A DNA stretch of 64,000 nucleotides. Origin: Fidelibacterota bacterium MT.SAG.2. Its GTDB lineage: Bacteria > Fidelibacterota > SORT01. The position numbers and the translations under genes are program-made. Position 1 is the first letter of the stretch, and the number at the start of each line of letters is the position of its first letter. The notes under the pieces are model-generated. The model was given only the letters and a program-made list of their open reading frames with translations, did not search any database and was not told the DNA's origin. Location of the stretch: contig SORU01000001.1 of assembly GCA_004402915.1 (NCBI GenBank), positions 24,908-88,907 of the forward strand. Reading direction: 5' to 3'. This document shows positions 30,317 through 37,637 of this stretch, piece after piece.

Positions 30317-31141
30317 GTGCTCGAACTAATTTCATTACCATTATTAGCCGGATTTATTCTGGTTGCCATTCACTCATATCTCGGGATTCATATCGTTGAG
30401 CGAAAAGTAATATTCGTGGATCTTGCGCTCGCCCAAATCGCAGCAGCCGGGGCCGGTATCGGTGTGCTGTTAGGATATGATTTAGGCGGAATAGAGACCT
30501 TCTTTACGGCTCTGTTTTTCACATTCATCGGAGCGGGGATATTCGCTGCAACCAGGATGCGCAAGGAAGTGGTTCCGCAGGAAGCGATAATAGGAATAGT
30601 ATATGCCGTTTCAGCCGCCGCCTTCATTTTACTAATGGACAGAGCCCCGAATGGGGCAGAGGAAGTGAAAGGAATGCTTGTCGGCTATATTCTTCTCGTA
30701 AACTGGGATGATATAATCAGATTGGCTTCTCTTTATACTATAATCGGAGTATTCCATTATTTTGTTCGCAATCGAATGATAAAAATATCACAAGATCCTG
30801 AAGGGGCTTTCAAAGAAGGCATTAACGTCCGATTATGGGATTTTATATTTTACATTTCGTTCGGTTTTGTGGTAACAACTGCCGTGCAGGTTGCCGGAGT
30901 ATTGCTCGTTTTCGCTTACTTGGTCGTTCCGGCAGTTAGCGCGATGTTGTTTACAAGCGATTTCAAGAAACGACTTATCATCGGGTGGTCGCTCGGATTA
31001 TTGGGAAATTTTCTTGGTATGTTTTTTTCGGTGCAGTTTGACCTGCCGACTGGTGCGGCGATTGTGACCACATTCGGGCTGATAATAGCGGCCGCGGGGT
31101 TGTTCAAGTATTTGAGAGATCGGTTTTTGTTGAAGATGTGA
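30317..31141 (+). CDS. Zn/Mn ABC transporter permease (ZnuB-like)
   Basis: FVDLALAQ, EAIIGIVY, GVLLVFAYLVVPA, DLPTGAAIV. Confidence 0.9.
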   Translation: MLELISLPLLAGFILVAIHSYLGIHIVERKVIFVDLALAQIAAAGAGIGVLLGYDLGGIETFFTALFFTFIGAGIFAATRMRKEVVPQEAIIGIVYAVSAAAFILLMDRAPNGAEEVKGMLVGYILLVNWDDIIRLASLYTIIGVFHYFVRNRMIKISQDPEGAFKEGINVRLWDFIFYISFGFVVTTAVQVAGVLLVFAYLVVPAVSAMLFTSDFKKRLIIGWSLGLLGNFLGMFFSVQFDLPTGAAIVTTFGLIIAAAGLFKYLRDRFLLKM

Positions 31142-31227
31142 CGAAAAGGTTTAAAAATATAAAAGGGTAATGCTGGATCCATTACCACTTGATGTTATGT
31201 GACTTCGGCTCTTAAGTTTGAAGCTGA

Positions 31228-31677
31228 ATGAATTTTCAGCTGATTAGATCAAAATTGTTTTCACATCGATTTTTTAAGTTTAGCGCTGTAGGGTTTTCAG
31301 GTCTAATAGTTAACATGTCTTTACTCTGGTTTTTTACAGAACTGATCGGTTTGTATTATCTATTTGCGTCCCTGCTATCAATCGAGTTGTCGGTAATAAA
31401 TAACTTCATCTGGAACGATCTGTGGACTTGGGGCGATAGACCAAAATCGGGGGGCTGGGGATACTTTAAACGATTGCTGAAGTATAATCTTTCTGCGAGT
31501 GTTGCCGCTGTTATCGGGAATTTATTAGTTCTTGTGGTTCTTAAGGAGCAATTCGGCTGGAATTATTTACTGGCTAATTTGGTAGGAATAGGCGTAGCTG
31601 TAGTGATAAATTATGTCGTGAATGATCGCTGGACATTCCGTGATAAGCAGGAAGAGATAGAAGCAGTAAATTTCTGA
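31228..31677 (+). CDS. GtrA-family protein
   Basis: FFKFSAVG..G..VN, NNFIWND.WT, NYVVNDRWTF. Confidence 0.88.
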   Translation: MNFQLIRSKLFSHRFFKFSAVGFSGLIVNMSLLWFFTELIGLYYLFASLLSIELSVINNFIWNDLWTWGDRPKSGGWGYFKRLLKYNLSASVAAVIGNLLVLVVLKEQFGWNYLLANLVGIGVAVVINYVVNDRWTFRDKQEEIEAVNF

Positions 31678-31724
31678 GAATGAAACTTAGTATCGCAAAT
31701 TTTTTAATATGAGGAAACAATTTT

Positions 31725-32876
31725 ATGGATTTTAGATTGCCCGAAGAAATCGAGATGCTTCGAGAGATGGCTAAGAAATTTACCGACAAAGAAATTCGCC
31801 CGTTAGCGGATCAGATCGACCGTGAAGAGAAGATTCCGAAAGAGTTGATAAAGAAATTGAGCAAAACAGGATTAATGAGCGTTATTATTCCACCGGAATA
31901 CGGCGGAGGCGGATTCGGGGAACTCGGTTATTGCGCCATGCAGGAGGAGATCGCTCAAGGGTGCGCTTCTACTGCCACTTTCCTCGGAGCGCATCTGTCC
32001 ATTGGAGCGCAGACTATCATTCTATTCGGCTCCGAAGAAACAAAGAAAAAATATCTGCCGAGCCTTGCGACAGGCGAGTTTATTGCGGCTTATTCTCTGA
32101 CTGAAGCGGGTTCCGGTTCAGACGCGGCAGCTATGAAGGCAAAGGCGGTATTCGACGGCAGCGATTGGGTTTTAAACGGTACGAAGATTTGGGTGACCAA
32201 TGGGTCTATTGCCGACGTCATAGTCGTTTATGCTAAAATGGAAAAAGATGGAGAGGATTTGGGACCGGGCGCATTCGTGATAGAGACGAGTAAAGAAGGA
32301 TTTAAGGTAGACAAGAAGGAAGAGAAGATGGGGATAAGGGGTTCGGAAACCGCAGCCATAAGCTTCCACGATTACCATATCCCAAAGCAAAATCTTTTAG
32401 GTGACCCTGGGCAGGGTTTTAAGATTGCTCTTACTATTCTCGATGTCGGCAGGCTCGGGTTAGGAGCTACTACTCTCGGACAGGCTAAGGAATCGCTGAG
32501 GCTGAGTACGGAATACGCAAAACAACGTGAACAATTCGGCCAGCCGATAGCAGAATTTCAGGCTATACAATGGAAATTAGCGGACATGACAACCGACATA
32601 TATGCGATGGAGAGCATGCTCTACAGGACTGCCGCCGACTATGACGCGGGAAAAAGAGTTACGAGAGAAGCTTCGATAGTTAAACTATATTGCTCAGAGG
32701 CGCTCGACAGGATAGTTGACCATGCAGTCCAGATACACGGCGGTATGGGTTACTCACGCGAGTTGAAGATAGAGCGGATGTATCGTGACGCCCGTATCAA
32801 TAAGATATTCGAAGGAACAAACGAGATACAGCGTATAGTCATAGCCCGCGAGACGCTCAATAAGGGTGGGTATTAG
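31725..32876 (+). CDS. Acyl-CoA dehydrogenase
   Basis: LTEAGSGSD, LNGTKIWVTNG, REQFGQPI, QIHGGMG, IFEGTNEIQR. Confidence 0.95.
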   Translation: MDFRLPEEIEMLREMAKKFTDKEIRPLADQIDREEKIPKELIKKLSKTGLMSVIIPPEYGGGGFGELGYCAMQEEIAQGCASTATFLGAHLSIGAQTIILFGSEETKKKYLPSLATGEFIAAYSLTEAGSGSDAAAMKAKAVFDGSDWVLNGTKIWVTNGSIADVIVVYAKMEKDGEDLGPGAFVIETSKEGFKVDKKEEKMGIRGSETAAISFHDYHIPKQNLLGDPGQGFKIALTILDVGRLGLGATTLGQAKESLRLSTEYAKQREQFGQPIAEFQAIQWKLADMTTDIYAMESMLYRTAADYDAGKRVTREASIVKLYCSEALDRIVDHAVQIHGGMGYSRELKIERMYRDARINKIFEGTNEIQRIVIARETLNKGGY

Positions 32877-32890
32877 GGCTTTGGAGCCCT
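32875..32890. terminator. Short hairpin between convergent genes
   Basis: AGGGCT-ttgg-AGCCCT. Confidence 0.4.
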
Positions 32891-32915
32891 GACAGCACAA
32901 ACATTTATTTCTAAA

Positions 32916-33377
32916 TTACCTCGAAAAAGTCCCCATGAGCTTCGCTTCGGCGAGAATATGTTCCTGCATCTCGTTTTCGAGAGTACTTTTGTCAGCATCG
33001 CCCGTGAGTGTCAACATTGTGTCGAGCGCGTAAAGTTTGAAGAAGTAGCGATGCGGGTCTCCGGGCGGCGGGCACGGACCGCCGTAGCTTTTTTTCTCCC
33101 ACGAGTTAAGCCCCTGTTTTGAACCGTCGGTCAGTGACTCGTCGGTCGGAACAGCTTCGGATAACCCTTCGGAGTCTGCCGGAATGTTAAAGATAAGCCA
33201 ATGATCCCACGTACCCATAGGCGCGTCTGGGTCATCGCAAATGAGGGTAAAGCTCTTCGTTCCTTTGGGCGTATCGCTCCAGATGAGCTGCGGCGAGATG
33301 TCCTCACCTTCGCAAGTGTATTTATCGGGAATTCTATCCCCTTCGTTGAAAGCGCTGCTTGATATTGAAAGGCTCAT
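32916..33377 (-). CDS. YbhB/YbcL (PEBP/RKIP-like) protein
   Basis: DDPDAP, WDHW, YGGPCPP, HRYFFKLYALD. Confidence 0.92.
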   Translation of the reverse strand: MSLSISSSAFNEGDRIPDKYTCEGEDISPQLIWSDTPKGTKSFTLICDDPDAPMGTWDHWLIFNIPADSEGLSEAVPTDESLTDGSKQGLNSWEKKSYGGPCPPPGDPHRYFFKLYALDTMLTLTGDADKSTLENEMQEHILAEAKLMGTFSR

Positions 33378-33452
33378 TGTTTAATCCTCCGAATCGTTGT
33401 TACAACCGAATATACGAATTAGAAGTATAAATAATCGAATATTCATATATTA

Positions 33453-33523
33453 GTGCGAGTCGGGGCTTGCCCTGACCGCACGGTTATTTCTGTTTAGGCA
33501 TCAGGGCAAGCCCCGACTGCCAC
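33453..33523. repeat. REP-like inverted doublet, copy 2
   Basis: GTGCGAGTCGGGGCTTGCCCTGAC ... TCAGGGCAAGCCCCGACTGCCAC. Confidence 0.75.
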
Positions 33524-33570
33524 AGAAAAATTGATACTTCTTTCGCGATTTAAGAGCCAAGTCTGATTCG

Positions 33571-33599
33571 TTGACATTCGGCAGCTGCTTACGTAAGTT
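33571..33599 (+). promoter_or_regulatory. Sigma70-type promoter, probably giving a leaderless mRNA
   Basis: TTGACA-N17-TAAGTT; ATG 33606 begins 7 nt after the -10 and there is no SD. Confidence 0.6.
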
Positions 33600-33605
33600 T
33601 TACAA

Positions 33606-34217
33606 ATGAAAAAGCTCTTTTGCTTATTAATACCACTATTACTAACGGGTTGCGACGCTATTTTCGGTACGAGGGAGCCGGAGGAACCGGACGAAAACAT
33701 CAGCAGAAGTCTGTGGCAGCAGCCGACCTCTCCGGGAATTGTATTGGAAAATCTTAAAAACGCATTCTCAGAACGGAACGAGGAGAACTATCTTCGTTCT
33801 CTTGCCGATTCTACGAGTTCCGAGAGAGTGTTCCTATTTATTCCCAGCCAGGAAGCAGCGGTAAACAATCCGGGCGCTTTTGAAGGTTGGGGGTTAAACG
33901 AAGAGAGAGTATATATCAACTTGCTTTTTTCCGAATCCTCTCTTCCGGAGGGAGTAATATCGTCGTTGGAATTCACCCGTTTTGAAGAACCTTCCATACC
34001 GTCGGATAGCGCTCTATTTGAAGAGATCTATGAACTCGAACTTGAGCATACTCTGGAAAACGTTCCTCCTAAGATGATGGGAATCGCTAAGTTCAGGATG
34101 GCGCGAAGCGATGACGGAAATTGGTCTATATACAGATGGGAGGATCTTGCTTTCAGCAATGACAATGACACGTTAGACCTGCCTACGTGGAGTGAACTGA
34201 AGGCTCGTGTACAGTGA
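33606..34217 (+). CDS. Hypothetical lipoprotein
   Basis: Lipobox LLTGC; similar to the next ORF. Confidence 0.75.
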   Translation: MKKLFCLLIPLLLTGCDAIFGTREPEEPDENISRSLWQQPTSPGIVLENLKNAFSERNEENYLRSLADSTSSERVFLFIPSQEAAVNNPGAFEGWGLNEERVYINLLFSESSLPEGVISSLEFTRFEEPSIPSDSALFEEIYELELEHTLENVPPKMMGIAKFRMARSDDGNWSIYRWEDLAFSNDNDTLDLPTWSELKARVQ

Positions 34218-34765
34218 AACAATTTTTTTTATTTGGAATGATGCTCTTCTCTCTGACCTATGGATGCGCAAATCCCTTTGCGCCGAAATTAGGCGAGGTG
34301 GAAAAGGGAACCGCAGCCATATTAACAGAACGTCTCAGCCCGAACGAGGTCTTGGAAAACTTTAGATTTGCTTACATCTTCGGTGACTCTCTTGTTTACA
34401 GCGAGTTGATTGATACAGCATTCTTATTCCTTTACTTCGACCCCAATGTGGAGGGTACAGGCAGATTCGACAGTTGGGGAAGGGATATAGAATTGAGGGC
34501 AACGGGCGGTCTATTCCGGGCAGTCCGCAATATTACACTTGAATGGAACAGCACGATCGAAGAGAAATATTGGTCACCCTCTCCCGATTCGGTTTTAGCG
34601 AGTGTAGAATTTGAAGGAGCAATAAGCGCGAAAATATCCAAAGGATTCCAACTGAAACTCGGCTCTGAAATTCAGCTTGCCGGCACGGCGGTTTTTTCCT
34701 TTGAAAAGGAAAACAGGGGAGATGGTTGGAGGATAGTGAGGTGGGTCGATGAATCGATCTTCTAA
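34214..34765 (+). CDS. Hypothetical lipoprotein
   Basis: Lipobox TYGC; SP..VLEN, WG...E and W.I.RW.D shared with the previous ORF. Confidence 0.75.
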   Translation: MKQFFLFGMMLFSLTYGCANPFAPKLGEVEKGTAAILTERLSPNEVLENFRFAYIFGDSLVYSELIDTAFLFLYFDPNVEGTGRFDSWGRDIELRATGGLFRAVRNITLEWNSTIEEKYWSPSPDSVLASVEFEGAISAKISKGFQLKLGSEIQLAGTAVFSFEKENRGDGWRIVRWVDESIF

Positions 34766-35804
34766 GAAACGAATACTCATCTTGGTTGTTCTGTTTTTGA
34801 TAATAGACGCAGCTATCATTTTCCGCATATATTTTAGAGATGAGACTTCTCCTTTCAGAGGTTTTGCAAATTTGGATAGTTATCTGCAAGGGGAATTCAG
34901 CTCGTCATTGAAGGAGAAGGGTCTGATTATCAATCAAGAATCAACCGATGGAAATCTCTACATGAGATACAGAAAAGGTTACGGCAAATATTGGCTGGAA
35001 AGGGTGATCAGACAATCATTGTCGCCTTCAGGTTTAATATCGGAATTTGATTGGAATGTAAATAACGGGTTTAACGTTATATTGACCCATCCTATAGAGG
35101 GAAATCGAACTCTGAAATTCAGAGAGGATGAAAGAAAAAAAGGCGGCTTAATTTGTATAATCATTGATGATTTCGGATATTTTTGGGATGAGCGCGTAGA
35201 TGAGCTGATGAGTTTTGATATTCCGATGGCATTTGCCGTGATCCCCGGCCATGAATACTCGGAGCGGATAGCGAAAAGCGCTGATTCAAACGGGAAAGAG
35301 CTGCTGCTGCATCTTCCGATGGAGGCGTTTGAGCATCAGGGCGGTGAGGATGAATATATAATTAAGTATAATATGGATATCGAGGAGATAGAATCGCGCG
35401 TTTCAAAGGCATTAGAGACAGTCCCGGGCGCATCCGGAATAAATAATCATCAAGGTTCAAGGGTGACGGCGGATTCTGAAACATTTCAGAGATTTCTTGC
35501 CGTAATAAGTCCGTATAACTTATATTTTATCGACAGCGTGACCCACTCTTCAAGTGTGGCGTTCAGGGATGCGCAAAATGCAGGTGTGCCTGCAGGAAGA
35601 CGGACTGTTTTTTTAGATGATTCAGAGGATGAAAAAACTATCGATTACAGAATCGAGCAATTAAAAAATAGAGCTCACAAAAATGGTAATGCCATCGGTA
35701 TAGGTCATATTAATAGTGAAACCATCATGGCATTGAAAAACCGAATTCCATTTTTGATTGAAGAGGGATATCTGTTTGTATATCCTTCACAATTAGTGAA
35801 CTAA
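34749..35804 (+). CDS. Divergent polysaccharide deacetylase (YibQ-like)
   Basis: IIIDDFG, HLPME, NNHQGS, FIDS, AIGIGH. Confidence 0.9.
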   Translation: MNRSSKKRILILVVLFLIIDAAIIFRIYFRDETSPFRGFANLDSYLQGEFSSSLKEKGLIINQESTDGNLYMRYRKGYGKYWLERVIRQSLSPSGLISEFDWNVNNGFNVILTHPIEGNRTLKFREDERKKGGLICIIIDDFGYFWDERVDELMSFDIPMAFAVIPGHEYSERIAKSADSNGKELLLHLPMEAFEHQGGEDEYIIKYNMDIEEIESRVSKALETVPGASGINNHQGSRVTADSETFQRFLAVISPYNLYFIDSVTHSSSVAFRDAQNAGVPAGRRTVFLDDSEDEKTIDYRIEQLKNRAHKNGNAIGIGHINSETIMALKNRIPFLIEEGYLFVYPSQLVN

Positions 35805-35825
35805 CAGATCTATTAGAGGTATAAT

Positions 35826-36515
35826 ATGGCATTATTAGAGGTAAGGTTGGATGCAGTGGCGGCGATGAGGGACCTGATAGGTGACTCGATCGACCCGGTA
35901 AAATCGGCTGTGGTTGCTGAACTCGCAGGCGCCGACGGGGTGGGGATAAAACTCACCGATGATAGAGAAGAAGAACGGATGAGAGATCTTTCTCTGTTAC
36001 AGGAAATAGTGAATTCACGGCTGAACTTAATTATAAATTCATCGAAGAGACAGGTAGATAAAGCACTTGCCGTTTCAGCTGCCATGGTTACTTTGTATGA
36101 CGATGTGGGCTTAGCGGATTCTAAGGTCATCGCCTCAATGAAAGAAGCAATATCTGTATTGAAAAATAACAAGAATCTTGCAATATCGATCAAGATTAAC
36201 CCTGAAGTCACGGAAGCAAAAGCGGCATCCCGGTTAGGCGCGGATTATGTTGAAATAGATACATCAAGATTCGCGTTGACCAAAGATTATCATGACAGAA
36301 CGATGGAGTTGGAACGGATCGCCGCGGTCGCTCGGGCAGCGTTCAAATTTGATCTTATGGTCTCCGCCGGAGGTGATCTCTCATATCAGAATGCAGCTTA
36401 TATAGCTGAGATTGAACAGGTTGACAGCGTTTCAATTGGAAAAGCCATTATCAGCCGAGGTCTGCTTGTCGGATTGGAAAATGCCGTCCGAGATGCTCTT
36501 GATCTCGTGAAATGA
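35826..36515 (+). CDS. pdxJ: PdxJ-like protein with degenerate active site
   Basis: DPV..A..AELAGADG, GADYVEI, V.AG..L.Y.N and IG.AIISR scaffold; catalytic residues substituted. Confidence 0.75.
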   Translation: MALLEVRLDAVAAMRDLIGDSIDPVKSAVVAELAGADGVGIKLTDDREEERMRDLSLLQEIVNSRLNLIINSSKRQVDKALAVSAAMVTLYDDVGLADSKVIASMKEAISVLKNNKNLAISIKINPEVTEAKAASRLGADYVEIDTSRFALTKDYHDRTMELERIAAVARAAFKFDLMVSAGGDLSYQNAAYIAEIEQVDSVSIGKAIISRGLLVGLENAVRDALDLVK

Positions 36516-36530
36516 GCTAGATAAAAATTC

Positions 36531-37511
36531 CTGTCAAAGAGTAATCCCATTCTGACCATTAACGTATATCGCAATGATGTAGTGGAGAGTAGTCACTCCG
36601 CAAGCGCAGTGATTATCGATCCAAGTGGTGAGATTCTTGCGGAGTACGGCGATAGTCAGATGCGTACATATATTCGATCAGCTGCAAAACCATTCCAGAT
36701 CATGCCGGCGCTTGAATTAGGTTTTCAATCGAAATTCGGTTTGAGTGATGAGGAGATAGCCGTTTGTTGTTCTTCGCATTCCGGAGAAACTGTCCATATA
36801 GAGAGAGTGCAGAGTGTTTTGCAAAAAACAGAAATAGATCCCTCTTCACTCAGGTGCGGAATACATCCTCCTTTGGGAGTGGAAGTGAGGCGAATGTTAA
36901 GAGTCTCCGGTGAGACTCCTACCGTGCTTCATAACAATTGCTCCGGTAAGCACTCGGCAATGCTCGCGACTGCAAAGATCAAAGGAGAGTCCCTTGAAGA
37001 TTATCTGAATCCTGATCATCCTGTCCAGCAGAGGATATTAGAAGTAATTGAAGAATTTTCAGAGGAAGAAAACATACATATAGGAGTCGATGGATGTTCA
37101 GCGCCCGTATATTATCTTCAAATTAAAAGTATTGCGATGATGTATCAAAAATTAGCTTCGGATAATGATAATGTGACCGTCAGCGATGTATGGGAGAAGA
37201 TGACATCAAATCCGCTTATGATAGCGGGAAGTGGACGGTTCGACAGCATACTGATGGAGGACGGGAAGGGAACTTTGTTGTCGAAGATGGGAGCTGAGGG
37301 AGTACAGTGCATGTCGCTTAAAACTCCGGCGGGTCCGGTAGGCTTGGCAGTGAAGGTGCATGACGGTACGCGCAGGGCTGTTCTTCCGGCTGTGTTATAC
37401 TTATTGGACAAATTCGGTTTTACTCCTGACGGCAACTATGATAGATTTAGAAAGCCTGAACTAAAAAACCATATGGGACTCATAGTAGGCAGGATAGAAG
37501 TCAGTGAGTAA
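36531..37511 (+). CDS. L-asparaginase II (rhizobial AnsA-type)
   Basis: RSAAKPFQ, SHSGE, NNCSGKH, DGCSAP, KMGAEG; start uncertain (CTG 36531 or GTG 36582). Confidence 0.88.
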   Translation: MSKSNPILTINVYRNDVVESSHSASAVIIDPSGEILAEYGDSQMRTYIRSAAKPFQIMPALELGFQSKFGLSDEEIAVCCSSHSGETVHIERVQSVLQKTEIDPSSLRCGIHPPLGVEVRRMLRVSGETPTVLHNNCSGKHSAMLATAKIKGESLEDYLNPDHPVQQRILEVIEEFSEEENIHIGVDGCSAPVYYLQIKSIAMMYQKLASDNDNVTVSDVWEKMTSNPLMIAGSGRFDSILMEDGKGTLLSKMGAEGVQCMSLKTPAGPVGLAVKVHDGTRRAVLPAVLYLLDKFGFTPDGNYDRFRKPELKNHMGLIVGRIEVSE

Positions 37512-37554
37512 TGGTCGGCGCAAAATTTTGCGATCTGATTCTTTAATATTCGTA

Positions 37555-37583
37555 TTGACAAGCATGTAGAACATGATTAGATT
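37555..37583 (+). promoter_or_regulatory. Sigma70-type promoter with a palindrome in the spacer
   Basis: TTGACA-N17-TAGATT; CATGT-aga-ACATG at 37563-37575. Confidence 0.6.
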
Positions 37584-37637
37584 TGTGAGCCGGAAATATG
37601 GATTATATGAATTCAAGCATAGGATAACTACGAGTAA

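Noticed and set aside
33494..33700. 68 aa minus-strand ORF
   Set aside because: Overlaps the REP-like element, a promoter and a real lipoprotein gene; spurious
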